This document shows, one piece after another, positions 28,527 through 37,913 of a stretch of 56,777 nucleotides of DNA. Position numbers and translations under genes: made by a program. The stretch is taken from IMG/VR virus record IMGVR_UViG_3300046822_000213, positions 1 to 56,777 of that record; one strand, 5' to 3'. Position 1 is the first letter of the stretch; each line of letters starts with the position of its first letter. Origin of the DNA: a virus. Taxonomy: Duplodnaviria > Caudoviricetes. The notes under the pieces were generated by a model that saw only the letters and a program-made list of their open reading frames with translations, made no database searches and was not told the origin of the DNA.

Positions 28527-28907
28527 TCATACCGCGTCCATGAAGTCTTCATCACCAAACATGACGGCAATCGGCCCGACCAGCACGTCAGTGGGATCGC
28601 CATTGGGTTGGGTCAGCCCGTCCGGGTAGACCCGGTCGCCATCGATGTCGCGCATCCGGCGTAACGCCAGATCCCACAACTCGGTCGCCTTCTGGTTATA
28701 CGGCAGCTCCTTGCGCTTGCCGTCTTCATCACAGAATGCGAGGCAATGGTGAACTTCGCCATTGTAAGCCACCGTATTGAAGAAAGGCACCTGCTCGATG
28801 TAGCCGCCGCCGACTGCTTGTTGCACCTCGACCAGGGTGGGCCGCTCGGTGAAGCTGACGATGTCAAAGGCACCGTCAGTCCCGTAAATCAGCATCATGC
28901 CGTTCAT
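28527..28907 (-). CDS. DUF3846-like protein
   Basis: L..VQ.AVGGGYIE.V...CDEDGK...LP.N..AT...LVG motifs. Confidence 0.75.
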   Translation of the reverse strand: MNGMMLIYGTDGAFDIVSFTERPTLVEVQQAVGGGYIEQVPFFNTVAYNGEVHHCLAFCDEDGKRKELPYNQKATELWDLALRRMRDIDGDRVYPDGLTQPNGDPTDVLVGPIAVMFGDEDFMDAV

Positions 28908-29173
28908 GGGTCTATTTCTCCGATCACGATGAAAGCCGAATATCCGACCATCGCCGCGCCATGCTCGCTGATGAGTAGGTCTTTAATTTCACTGGGACTC
29001 AACCTGCGCCGCGTGGCCTCCAGCAATAGCCTAGTGGCGACCCAAATCATCATGTCCGGAAAGAATTTCAGCGCCGGAAAATGCTCGCACGCGTTCTGGA
29101 CGATGTCGTGGATTATCTTCTTTAATGTCTGCTCCGCGATCCGTCGCTGCTGGGGTGACAATGTCTTCTTCAT
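28904..29173 (-). CDS. Hypothetical protein
   Basis: ATAGAGGACAAG RBS. Confidence 0.6.
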   Translation of the reverse strand: MKKTLSPQQRRIAEQTLKKIIHDIVQNACEHFPALKFFPDMMIWVATRLLLEATRRRLSPSEIKDLLISEHGAAMVGYSAFIVIGEIDP

Positions 29174-29250
29174 GGTTCTTGTCCTCTATAAAGGCAGGTC
29201 GCTCCTGCCGGGGCGTGTGATTCCGAGCGACGTGAGTGTCGGAATAGGCA

Positions 29251-29275
29251 GAAGGCCCGCTACTGGCGGGCCTTC
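29251..29275 (-). terminator. Hairpin downstream of the UvrD-like gene (putative terminator or processing site)
   Basis: gaaggcccgc-tactg-gcgggccttc, perfect 10-bp stem; weak U-tract. Confidence 0.55.
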
Positions 29276-29293
29276 GCTGTGTCTGGACCGGCA

Positions 29294-30826
29294 TCACTTG
29301 ACCGATCCGCTGATGAAGATGAGATGCTCCTTGGCGCGGGTATAAGCCACATAAATGAGGTTCTTTTCTTGGGCGATCTGCCACTCCAGCCGCGCCCACT
29401 TGCCCGGCATGCACTCTGGCTCCAGGATCGCGACCCGGTCCCATTCCTTGCCCTTCGCTTTATGAATTGAAGAGAGTGTCAAAACGCCGTTGTGGTCGCT
29501 GAACATCGCCTCGATGCTGGCTATCATTTGGGCCACGGTCCGGTTATTCTCGGGCAGGTTCTCGATGATCACCAGCAGGCACTGCACCTTGTCGACCAGC
29601 GCGTCGGCCTGCGGCTCCTTGCCCGCCATCATTAGCTTGGCGAACTCGCGGTCGCGGTACCCGACCAGCCGCTGCTGCAGCCCGTCGACGTCGCGCGCCT
29701 TCATCTGCCGGATCAGCTTGACCAGCCCGGCACCGATCTCGCGGCCCAGCACGATGCAGCCGGTGCCGCGCGCGATCAGGCTGAATGCCATGGTGATCAG
29801 CGGCGCGGTCTTGCGGCAGAGGATCGCATCGTGCGGCCCAAGAACCTTGAGCGCGTCCGTGGCGGTCAGCGTCTCGACCTTGCCCTCGATGGCCGCGTCG
29901 TGCCATTCGATGCGCGGCACGATGGTCTGCGCCATCTGGACCACCGATTGCGCGCAGCGGTAGCACACCGACAGCGGCATCTCGATCGCGTTGAAGTCGT
30001 GCTTGATCAGGTCGATTGCGTCGGTCGACGCGCCGCAGAAGCCATTGATCGACTGCGACGGGTCGCCGACCCACGCCGACCGGCCATTAAGCTTCATCGC
30101 CCGCTTGGCCACCCAGCGGCGGACCGGGTTGGTGTCCTGGGCCTCATCGACCAGCACCCAATCATTTTGCCACAGGCGGAGCTGCCACAGCACCGGCAGG
30201 TAGAGCATGTCATCGAAATCAATGATGTGGTCCTTGGCCTGCTCATTCGAGGCCTTGAGCAGGTCCTGCGCCAGCTCGATCGCCCGCCCCTCGTCGGCCT
30301 CCTCGGCCTCCAGGAACATGTTGTGATGCTGGATGATCGCCATCCAAGTGTCGAGCGTGTTGGGTGCCTCGGGCAGCGCGCCAACGCCTTCGCCCTTGGC
30401 AAATCCGACCAGCTTGCAGACGAATGAGCCGTACAGGTCCTTGTCGTCGGCGCTGAACAGGTCGTCGGACAGCTTGAGCAGCTTGCGGTCGCTGATGTCG
30501 AGCTGGCGCACCGTGACGCCCAGCTTCTTGGCGACGGCACCCGCGCCCAGCGAATGGAAGGTCGAGGCCCGCGTGTTGCGGTAAGCCCGCCCAGTGTCGA
30601 CCCGAAGCTTGTCCAAGCGGACGTTCAGCTCCTTGGCGATCGCGTTGTTGAACGCGAACAATTGGACGTGGCAGGCCTCAGGGATCTGAGCCAGCGCCAT
30701 CTCCAGGGTCTTGGTTTTGCCCGATCCGGCAACTGCGTTGACGACGGCATGGCCGCGCCCGTTCCGGATCCAATCGAGAACCGCCTGCTGGTACGCGGAC
30801 GGGGTAATCTTGGTCTGTGCGTTCAT
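29294..30826 (-). CDS. UvrD/Rep-like SF1 helicase
   Basis: AVAGSGKT, VDEAQD, VGDP.QSI..F, L..CYRC, SIHKAKGKEW, YVAYTRAK. Confidence 0.9.
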   Translation of the reverse strand: MNAQTKITPSAYQQAVLDWIRNGRGHAVVNAVAGSGKTKTLEMALAQIPEACHVQLFAFNNAIAKELNVRLDKLRVDTGRAYRNTRASTFHSLGAGAVAKKLGVTVRQLDISDRKLLKLSDDLFSADDKDLYGSFVCKLVGFAKGEGVGALPEAPNTLDTWMAIIQHHNMFLEAEEADEGRAIELAQDLLKASNEQAKDHIIDFDDMLYLPVLWQLRLWQNDWVLVDEAQDTNPVRRWVAKRAMKLNGRSAWVGDPSQSINGFCGASTDAIDLIKHDFNAIEMPLSVCYRCAQSVVQMAQTIVPRIEWHDAAIEGKVETLTATDALKVLGPHDAILCRKTAPLITMAFSLIARGTGCIVLGREIGAGLVKLIRQMKARDVDGLQQRLVGYRDREFAKLMMAGKEPQADALVDKVQCLLVIIENLPENNRTVAQMIASIEAMFSDHNGVLTLSSIHKAKGKEWDRVAILEPECMPGKWARLEWQIAQEKNLIYVAYTRAKEHLIFISGSVK

Positions 30827-30879
30827 TTGAGCCTCTATCCGTGGTGAGCGTCAGTCGCTCCGTTTCACCATCAGGACCG

Positions 30880-30909
30880 AGTAAACCACACGGCACGGGC
30901 ATTTGTCAA
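30880..30909 (-). promoter_or_regulatory. Sigma70-type promoter TTGACA-18-TTTACT
   Basis: Reverse complement, upstream of the helicase; TGTGG before the -10. Confidence 0.6.
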
Positions 30910-30938
30910 GTGGTCTGTTGCAGAATGATCATGCGCGG

Positions 30939-31166
30939 CTAACAAATTTTGCCGTTTACGGCGCGGACTATCAGTTCGGCGTCCTCTCTGGCATTTTTGT
31001 TGTCCCAATCGTTAAGCGTTACGATACGATGATAGGTGGGCGGGTTGACGGACCATATTTCGTAACTTATGGTCCCGTCTTCCTGATCGTGGCGTTCTAT
31101 GGTCCAGGGTAAGGGTGTTGCGGACATGGGCGGTTGTTCCTCGATCTTAGTGTTTAACATTCCCAT
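30939..31166 (-). CDS. Hypothetical protein (TP.PW motif family)
   Basis: TPLPW...DA.LI..AVN pattern; start may be the internal Met. Confidence 0.55.
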   Translation of the reverse strand: MGMLNTKIEEQPPMSATPLPWTIERHDQEDGTISYEIWSVNPPTYHRIVTLNDWDNKNAREDAELIVRAVNGKIC

Positions 31167-31268
31167 AAATGAGCCACAAGTAGCTGTCGACCGGGTGCAG
31201 CAGCAGGCTCACCAGCAGGTACGACCACAGCAGCAACAGAATCGCCCGCAGGTAAAGGACGACGAACA

Positions 31269-31634
31269 TCATTGAGCCTTACGCGGGGGCCTTTTCCGCG
31301 CCTTCGCGGTTTGCGCATGGCGATAAATTGCGCCAAAACGGCGGTCCGCACACAGCGTAGCGACGAAATTCTCCAAAGCAGTGAGCCGTTCGTCAAAAAC
31401 CAGCAAGTTCATGATCTGGGCCGCTTCTTGCTCGCCTTCCTGCGCCCTGGCTTCCAGCAATTCATCTTCATGCTTGAGCGTCGGTCTGTGACGCAGCGGT
31501 AGCCGCGATGCCCAAAGGACGGCTTCCAGCTTCTGCTTGAAGGTCTTGAGGTGTCGCTTACCGGCAAGGTCGAGATAATCGACTACCCAAACCGCACGGG
31601 AGCTTCCATGATGGCGTTCCCTGATGCTGGTCAT
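31269..31634 (-). CDS. Protein with integrase Arm-type DNA-binding-like N-terminus
   Basis: W.VDY.D..GKR..KTF..K.EA..W motif; no catalytic integrase domain. Confidence 0.5.
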   Translation of the reverse strand: MTSIRERHHGSSRAVWVVDYLDLAGKRHLKTFKQKLEAVLWASRLPLRHRPTLKHEDELLEARAQEGEQEAAQIMNLLVFDERLTALENFVATLCADRRFGAIYRHAQTAKARKRPPRKAQ

Positions 31635-31882
31635 GTCAGGATGTCAATATCCACAAATTCAACGAAGTTCAGACGCTGTGCTAGTTGCCCCAGCGTGAAC
31701 TCATCCTTGTGCTTGTCCCAGAAGCCACGGCAACAGGCGTCTTCCGAGTGGTGACAGGTGCGATAGCCCGCAAAGCCGACGTGCTTGTCGCGCACCTGAT
31801 CCTCCAGGCGTTCGATGTCCAGCAGGCTATCCTTGCGGTAGATGCAAGTGGCGCAACGTTTGCGTTGAACTTTGAAGGTCAT
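31631..31882 (-). CDS. Small Cys/His-rich protein
   Basis: CxxC...CH.....CCRG; ATGA coupling. Confidence 0.65.
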   Translation of the reverse strand: MTFKVQRKRCATCIYRKDSLLDIERLEDQVRDKHVGFAGYRTCHHSEDACCRGFWDKHKDEFTLGQLAQRLNFVEFVDIDILT

Positions 31883-32157
31883 TGGTCGTCTCCCTGGATA
31901 TAGGCCCGCGCCTCGTCATCATGGTAGCCGTCGCTGATGTCGAGCATGACGAAGTCAATGAACTCGTCTTCGGTCACGTCGATCGCCGCCGGGTCCGGGG
32001 CGATAGGGGCAGCAATTTCGGTGTGACCATCGCCGTAGGCTTCCTCGATCTGCCGCCGCAACGCAATGGCGCGGCGCACCCGGTCGCTGTCTTCGAGGAC
32101 GTAAACCACGTCCTCGTCATACGACGCGCTGCTGAAGGTAACTTGAATGATGGCCAT
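31879..32157 (-). CDS. Acidic hypothetical early protein
   Basis: GATAGAGGAGAAG RBS; directly after a consensus promoter. Confidence 0.65.
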   Translation of the reverse strand: MAIIQVTFSSASYDEDVVYVLEDSDRVRRAIALRRQIEEAYGDGHTEIAAPIAPDPAAIDVTEDEFIDFVMLDISDGYHDDEARAYIQGDDQ

Positions 32158-32183
32158 GGCACCTTCTCCTCTATCAACCACCC

Positions 32184-32212
32184 ATTATACCATGGTCAAC
32201 AAACAGTGTCAA
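32184..32212 (-). promoter_or_regulatory. Consensus sigma70 promoter TTGACA-17-TATAAT
   Basis: Reverse complement ttgacactgtttgttgaccatggtataat. Confidence 0.85.
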
Positions 32213-32219
32213 TCCTCAT

Positions 32220-32531
32220 TTAATCGGTCCTGGCGTGGGGATATTCGCAGCGGCGCGCGTCCTTGTTGACGCAAGGGTTTGCCCCATTCTTGCACTTCCA
32301 GCAGGCCTTGTCGCGGAAGACGCCGGGCGGCATGCCGAGCAGGTCGATGTAGCTCGATTCCTCGCCATCCGACACCTCGAAAATAGTGGCGGTGTTGCTG
32401 GCATCGCGCTGAATGTCCTGGGCCATCCGGGCCGCCGTGTTCGGTCCTGGCGCGAGCAGCTCGATCCGCCAAGTCACCGTGTACATCTTGTTCACCGGTT
32501 GATTCTCCTCTATGTCGTCACTCATTGCCAA
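32220..32531 (-). CDS. Hypothetical protein with C-terminal Cys cluster
   Basis: Y.VTW.IEL.A..P..AA motif; CWKC..C..C; start uncertain. Confidence 0.55.
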   Translation of the reverse strand: MAMSDDIEENQPVNKMYTVTWRIELLAPGPNTAARMAQDIQRDASNTATIFEVSDGEESSYIDLLGMPPGVFRDKACWKCKNGANPCVNKDARRCEYPHARTD

Positions 32532-32606
32532 AGTTCCAATCCCTTCAAATATGACGATGGGCGACCGCAGCCGCCCATCCGGGTCTCGAATTATGTGAGG
32601 CTGTCA

Positions 32607-32837
32607 TCATTCCATGGCGGTGTCGATGTTGCCCGTCACATCATCCAGGCTGCTTATGACCTCCTGCAATTCGCCTGCGGCCTCTTCCATGCGCTGGGCC
32701 TTCTCGGTTGCTTGCAGGCCCTCCGACATATTGTCAAAGGCCTCCTGCTCCTCGTCGGCAACCTCTTCCACGATGGACTTGGCCTGTTCAATTAACTCCT
32801 GCGCCTTGGCGAGGCGCTTCCTACGGTCCGCATTCAC
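32607..32837 (-). CDS. Conserved coiled-coil phage protein (MN..RRK..; EEQEAFDNM.E.LQ)
   Basis: GTG start after GATAGAGGAGAAG. Confidence 0.7.
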   Translation of the reverse strand: MNADRRKRLAKAQELIEQAKSIVEEVADEEQEAFDNMSEGLQATEKAQRMEEAAGELQEVISSLDDVTGNIDTAME

Positions 32838-32866
32838 TGGTACTTCTCCTCTATCAAAGACAGGTA

Positions 32867-32896
32867 AAAGTACCACATCTCGCTAGGTCGTGTCAA
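32867..32896 (-). promoter_or_regulatory. Sigma70-type promoter TTGACA-18-TACTTT
   Basis: Reverse complement; TGTGG before the -10. Confidence 0.65.
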
Positions 32897-33031
32897 GCAT
32901 TGATCGGAATTGATGTGCGGGCATTTTTGATTCGCTCGTGGAGCTACCCCGCCGCCCTCCACTCAGCCGGGCGCAACCCGACCTCGCCTAATGCGAGCGC
33001 GTCGGTTTAACCTCCTGACGCGCGGAGGTTC

Positions 33032-33181
33032 TCATATCCTGTGACCCAAGAGGAGATAGACGATCAACACTACCAGCAGAATGCCGCCGATTCCAATTCC
33101 ACCGCCATATCCCCACCTGTTGTATCCAAACCCACCCCCAAATAGCAAGAGGAGGACGATGATGATGAGAATCAGGTCCAT
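33032..33181 (-). CDS. DUF3309-like small Gly-rich membrane protein (49 aa; not in the ORF track)
   Basis: MDLILIIIVLLLLFGGGFGYNRWGYGGGIGIGGILLVVLIVYLLLGHRI. Confidence 0.75.
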   Translation of the reverse strand: MDLILIIIVLLLLFGGGFGYNRWGYGGGIGIGGILLVVLIVYLLLGHRI

Positions 33182-33185
33182 GTTC

Positions 33186-35420
33186 TCACCCGCAATTACT
33201 CCAGCCACAAGAGGTGCACTTAGCGCAGCCCTCTACCCGGATCACGGCGGGAGCATAGCACGACGGGCATTCGCTGCCAAGTTCACCATAGCCAACTCCG
33301 TGATCGCCCGGCATAACGCTGACCGATGGCGCTTCGCCCGTGATGTAGCCCACCTTGATCATGTGGCGGCGCAAGCAATCTCCGATCAACGCTACCTCGG
33401 ACGCGACATAGCGTTGGTTGATGAACTCACCGCCGCGTGCCGAATAAATCTGCATCAACTCGGTCGCCAGGAACCCAAAATCGGCGTCGCGCCGCATCAC
33501 GGCGGACATCGTGCGGGTCAGCGCCCGCAACCAGTGATCGTAATCGGCGGACTTGGCCCGGACAAAGATTTCATACGGCACCCGCCGCCCATCCGGCTCG
33601 ATCGTATCGTTGATGGTGACGTAGAGCGACTTACCATCCCAGCGCAATTTATAGGTAGTCCCGGTCAGCTCTTCCGGGCGGTGACGCAGCGGTGCCGCCG
33701 CGACCGCCATCAGCACCGGCATTTTAGGGGCCTCATCGACCGATAATACGGAGCCGGTCACATCATTGGGCCGATAGGTGGTGCATGACTTGGCCCCTAC
33801 GTCATAAGCGTAATGGTAAACGTCCTTGAACTCCTCGAAGCTGATGTCGCGCGGCAGGTTGATGGTCTTGCTGATCGACTGATCGACGTGATTTTGGGCC
33901 GCCGCCAGCATGTCGATGTGTTGCTTCCAAGTCAATTCGTGAGTAGTAACGAAGCTTCCTGGTAACGGCTCATCACCACGCAGCTCGCACCATTGGCGAT
34001 AAGCGAAATCATCGACCTTCTCGGTGACGTGAGATCCGTTGCCCTGCAGCACCTTGCGATTGTAGAAGTGACTGAATACCGGTTCGACTCCGCCGGATAC
34101 ATTGCCCGCAAACAATGAAATAGTGCCGGTAGGAGCAACCGCCATCAAGTGCGAGTTCCGCATACCCTTGCGCTTCACCCGATCCTGCACCGCTTGCGGC
34201 AATCGCTTGAAGCGCTTGCCCTCGCAGTACAGGTCAGACGCGTAGAGCGGGAATGGCCCTTTTTCCTCAGCCAAATCCGCCGATGCGAGATAAGCCGTCG
34301 TCTCGATTATCGACATCCAAGCGTTAGTTTCTTCCACCGCCGCATCTGAACCGTAGCGCAGCCCGCACATCACTAGGGCATCGGCCAGCCCGGTGATGCC
34401 CATCCCCATACGCCGCTTAGCTCGGGCCTGCTCGGCCTGCTGTGGCAGCGGAAAGTTTGAGATGTCGACCACGTTATCCAGCATCCGGATAGCGACCGGC
34501 ACTACCGTCTCCAGCAGCTCGACATCAATCGCCGCGTCGGGCGTAAACGGTTCAGTAACGAAAGCCGCCAGATTAAGTGACCCCAATAAGCACGACGAAT
34601 AAGGACCTTGCGGAACTTCACCGCACGGATTGGTGCAAGTGATGTCTTCACAATAGTACAGGTTGTTCTCTTGGTTGATCCGGTCAATGAAGATGACGCC
34701 AGGATCGGCAACGTCAAAGGTGGCGCGCATCAAGCGATCCCACAGCTCACGTGCGTCAACCCACTGGACCACTTCACCATTGAACTTCAATCCCCAAGAG
34801 CCGCCCTCTCGGACTTTCGCCATGAATTGATCAGTGACCAACACTGACAAATTGAAGTGACGCAGCTCGGCCTTATCGCGCTTAGCTTCAATGAAAGCCT
34901 CGATGTCGGGGTGATCACAGCGCAGCGTCGCCATCATCGCGCCCAGCCGGTCATGCGCGTCGACCATCGTTTGCGACATCGCGTCCCAGCAGCGCATAAA
35001 GGCCAGTGGCCCTCGCGCGCGAGACCCGGTGCCGTTTACATAACTGCCCGCCGGACGAATGGTCGAGAAGTCATGCCCGATTCCGCCGCCCTGCTTCAAT
35101 GTCAGCGCCGCCTCGGACAGCGCGCTGAAGATGCCTTCCATACTGTCATCAATCGGCCCCATGACGTAGCAGTTCATCATGGTGACGTTCCGACCAGTCC
35201 CGGCCCCCGCCAGAATGCGGCCCCCCGGTATGAATTTGTAGTCCTCCATCGCCCAGTAGAACTGCGAGGCCCAAGTGTCGACGTCACGTTCCGGCTGGGC
35301 CAAGGCGCGGGCTACCCGTAGCCACGTGTCCTCGATGTATTGATCGATCGGGGTGCCGTCAGGATCGCGCAAGCGATACTTAGCGTCCCAAAATTTCATA
35401 GAAATTTCACCATGCGGCAT
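33186..35420 (-). CDS. nrdJ: Adenosylcobalamin-dependent (class II) ribonucleotide reductase with C-terminal TSCPD-like domain and Zn ribbon
   Basis: PGGRIL, NCYV, TNPCGE, CLLGS, APTGTIS, SISKTIN, C-terminal CPSC...EGC..C..CGWS.C; no nrdB nearby. Confidence 0.9.
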   Translation of the reverse strand: MPHGEISMKFWDAKYRLRDPDGTPIDQYIEDTWLRVARALAQPERDVDTWASQFYWAMEDYKFIPGGRILAGAGTGRNVTMMNCYVMGPIDDSMEGIFSALSEAALTLKQGGGIGHDFSTIRPAGSYVNGTGSRARGPLAFMRCWDAMSQTMVDAHDRLGAMMATLRCDHPDIEAFIEAKRDKAELRHFNLSVLVTDQFMAKVREGGSWGLKFNGEVVQWVDARELWDRLMRATFDVADPGVIFIDRINQENNLYYCEDITCTNPCGEVPQGPYSSCLLGSLNLAAFVTEPFTPDAAIDVELLETVVPVAIRMLDNVVDISNFPLPQQAEQARAKRRMGMGITGLADALVMCGLRYGSDAAVEETNAWMSIIETTAYLASADLAEEKGPFPLYASDLYCEGKRFKRLPQAVQDRVKRKGMRNSHLMAVAPTGTISLFAGNVSGGVEPVFSHFYNRKVLQGNGSHVTEKVDDFAYRQWCELRGDEPLPGSFVTTHELTWKQHIDMLAAAQNHVDQSISKTINLPRDISFEEFKDVYHYAYDVGAKSCTTYRPNDVTGSVLSVDEAPKMPVLMAVAAAPLRHRPEELTGTTYKLRWDGKSLYVTINDTIEPDGRRVPYEIFVRAKSADYDHWLRALTRTMSAVMRRDADFGFLATELMQIYSARGGEFINQRYVASEVALIGDCLRRHMIKVGYITGEAPSVSVMPGDHGVGYGELGSECPSCYAPAVIRVEGCAKCTSCGWSNCG

Positions 35421-35635
35421 CTAAACGGCCCCCCTTCGTAAGCAGCACTGGTTAAGTCAGTCGGATGATCAGAACAATGACAACGCACGCAATGAGGACG
35501 GTAGCCCAGCCCTCGATGGTAACCCATGGACGGACACGACGACGCGATGGGCAGAGATTGCTACTATCAAAAAATAAACGACGGGCGAAAGTCTCACGTG
35601 TCACCTAGGCCCCCCAGAACGCCCATACAGGCGCG

Positions 35636-35827
35636 TCAACTTCGTTGTTGTTTCACCTCATACAAGCCAAGTTCAAGTAACCCGTGCAGGTGGGCGCGGG
35701 CCGCGTCATCCGTCATTACGGTATTAATGCACTTGATCGGGATTTTAAATTTAGGAACCAACCTCATGATCACCGGGCCGACATCTCTCACTGTGCATTC
35801 GCGCCCATTAGATCGAACCAACTTCAT
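35636..35827 (-). CDS. Hypothetical protein
   Basis: ATGA coupling. Confidence 0.45.
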   Translation of the reverse strand: MKLVRSNGRECTVRDVGPVIMRLVPKFKIPIKCINTVMTDDAARAHLHGLLELGLYEVKQQRS

Positions 35828-36306
35828 TGGATCGTCGCTCTGCGAACGCGGACCTGTCCGCTTTCATCGGCCAAGGCATCGATGCCGCCCAAGTCCGGAT
35901 AAGCGGCGTGGATCGCTTGCGCAACTTCCTGGGCCGACACCGGTAAGCGGCGACGGGTCGGGTCGGAGATGAGGTTTATGATTTTGGTACGGATGCCAGC
36001 CGGATCGAGATCGGCCCGCCAGAAGTCGATCATACCGACGCGCGGGATGCAGAAAATGACCATGTATGGAAAGTCGACGCCGCGCAGCCGCCACCGGGTC
36101 CGGTGGTCGTCGCGCATCTCGATGACTTGCTCCAGGAGCTGTCGGGAGATTACTCGACCGACGCAGAGAGTAACGGCGGCTTGCCTCAGTTCCTCGGCAG
36201 CGGCGATAAGTTCTGGGTGCTCAGGATCATCGATCATTGCACGTGATAGTTGCTGATATCGTTGGATCCGGCACTCGACCTTGTCCTCTCTGCGCCCGTC
36301 CGTCAT
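35824..36306 (-). CDS. Hypothetical protein
   Basis: AGGTG RBS before MTDGRR. Confidence 0.55.
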   Translation of the reverse strand: MTDGRREDKVECRIQRYQQLSRAMIDDPEHPELIAAAEELRQAAVTLCVGRVISRQLLEQVIEMRDDHRTRWRLRGVDFPYMVIFCIPRVGMIDFWRADLDPAGIRTKIINLISDPTRRRLPVSAQEVAQAIHAAYPDLGGIDALADESGQVRVRRATIQ

Positions 36307-36351
36307 CGTACACCTGCGACGGGTGCCGCGCAAGGTGCCGTCCCGGAACTG

Positions 36352-36543
36352 CTAGGATTGATCTAGCGGTGAATCATCCTTGATCTGTTGCCGGTATCCT
36401 TGGGCAATCGCGTCACATAAACGACGATGTGACGTCGCTTCGCCCTGCAGGCTGCTGCCGCGCCATTGATCCTCATAGTCCCAGAATATGCGCGCGGCGA
36501 ACTCCCAAGCGGCGGCGTGCTGTTCTAAATCTTCATTGGTCAT
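36352..36543 (-). CDS. Hypothetical protein
   Basis: ATGA coupling with the helicase gene. Confidence 0.5.
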   Translation of the reverse strand: MTNEDLEQHAAAWEFAARIFWDYEDQWRGSSLQGEATSHRRLCDAIAQGYRQQIKDDSPLDQS

Positions 36544-37607
36544 CGGCTAATCACTATGATGCTGTGGGCAGCTCGGGTAATGCCGGTGTAGAGTACCGCC
36601 TTGCGGTCCTCATTGAAGCATTCGTCAACCAATATCACCTTGTTCCACTCGGACCCCTGCGAGCGGTGCACCGTCAGCGCGTAGCCAAAGGCGAAGGGTG
36701 ACCAGCCCTCCTCGTACTGTTCATTTTTAAAGTCCCGGCTGACGCCTTCGATCGTCGCCATTTCGATCTCTTCCTCATAGCCATCGATGTTGATGAAGAT
36801 GGTGGGATCGTATGGGTCGACGTCCGCCGCCAGCTCATACACCGCGCCATTGAGAATGCCGATCCGGTGGTTGTTCTTCATGCAAACCAGTGGCTCGCCC
36901 CGGCGCGGCGGCCCCTCAATGCCGAGATATTGGCGTTTCTTCATATTGGCGAGCTGCCGGGTCTTGTTGGTGTAACACAGTAGCATGTCGGCTTCGATGA
37001 ACTCATCGGGCGTCGTTTTGTACACCACCCGGAACTCCGGTCCGTCTTCCTCAAAACTGCCGCCGTTGCGGACGGCATGGGCCTGCCGGATGATTGGCGA
37101 ATCCAGTGCCTGCCGGTGAATGTTGGTCAGCATGACGTCAGCCTTGGCGAAGAATGGCTCGTCGCGGACTGGTGGAAGCTGACCAGGATCACCCGCTGCG
37201 ACGATTCTGGCCCCGGTATTTAACAGGACTTCAGCAACTCTGGTGCCGATCATCGAACTTTCATCGAGCATCACCAGCCGGTCGATCTGCTGCTCCCTCG
37301 CATCGAATTTGGGAGCCTTGATGCCACGGTCGTCATCGAGACCCAGCCCCCGGAAGTCATAGAAGGCTGAATGAATAGTCGATACGTTCATCCCGATGCG
37401 CTGCTGCAATACATAAGCGGCCTTGCCGGTGTAAGCCGCTAGGATTGCGTTGGGGTGGCGCTTGGCCAGCTCCGCCAGTACAACAGTTTTCCCAACCCCT
37501 GCAAGGCCATGTAGAGATAAGTACTGTCGATTTGTGTACCACCTTCCTGCAATGAAGGACTCTATTTTATCCAATGCTTTGATTTGATCCGGAGAAAATT
37601 TCACCAA
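36540..37607 (-). CDS. Dda/RecD-like SF1B helicase
   Basis: GLAGVGKT, AYTGKAA, LDESSM, GDPGQLPPV, LT.IHRQ, YALTVHRSQGSEW, LYTGITRA. Confidence 0.9.
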   Translation of the reverse strand: MVKFSPDQIKALDKIESFIAGRWYTNRQYLSLHGLAGVGKTVVLAELAKRHPNAILAAYTGKAAYVLQQRIGMNVSTIHSAFYDFRGLGLDDDRGIKAPKFDAREQQIDRLVMLDESSMIGTRVAEVLLNTGARIVAAGDPGQLPPVRDEPFFAKADVMLTNIHRQALDSPIIRQAHAVRNGGSFEEDGPEFRVVYKTTPDEFIEADMLLCYTNKTRQLANMKKRQYLGIEGPPRRGEPLVCMKNNHRIGILNGAVYELAADVDPYDPTIFINIDGYEEEIEMATIEGVSRDFKNEQYEEGWSPFAFGYALTVHRSQGSEWNKVILVDECFNEDRKAVLYTGITRAAHSIIVISR

Positions 37608-37628
37608 GTGGCTCCTTTTACGTCACTG

Positions 37629-37913
37629 TCATGTTTGGTACTGCGCCAGTAACTTTTGCAGCCGTTTCACTTCCTTTTCCAACCGTTTGCTTTTCTTGCG
37701 CTCCACTGATAACACACCTTGATGATCGGCTTTTCCCATCCCCATAACGCCATACTTGATGAAGTACGGCGTCGCGCATAACAGTTTGCCCCAGAACGGC
37801 CCCTCCAAATTGCGCCGGATGTCGGAGTCATTAACCCCAACAATTACTTCATCCAACGCTGCGTGCAATCTCTCGTCGATTTCCGGTGGACCGTTTACTG
37901 ATTTCTTTCCCAT
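37629..37913 (-). CDS. Hypothetical protein
   Basis: AGAGAGGA RBS; overlaps the end of the SNF2 gene. Confidence 0.55.
   Translation of the reverse strand: MGKKSVNGPPEIDERLHAALDEVIVGVNDSDIRRNLEGPFWGKLLCATPYFIKYGVMGMGKADHQGVLSVERKKSKRLEKEVKRLQKLLAQYQT

Noticed and set aside
30845-30880. Hammerhead-like CTGATG..GAAAC in the helicase leader
   Set aside because: Core is CTGATGG, not CTGATGA, and there is no room for stem II.
31269-31634. Functional integrase / evidence of a prophage boundary
   Set aside because: No catalytic R-H-R-Y domain, att site or flanking host genes in the window.
32900-33030. tRNA or ncRNA in the intergenic gap
   Set aside because: No cloverleaf or T-loop consensus recognised; only short hairpins.
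33186-35420. Intein or intron in nrdJ or the polymerase
   Set aside because: Motif spacing and lengths look normal; no intein-like insertion seen.
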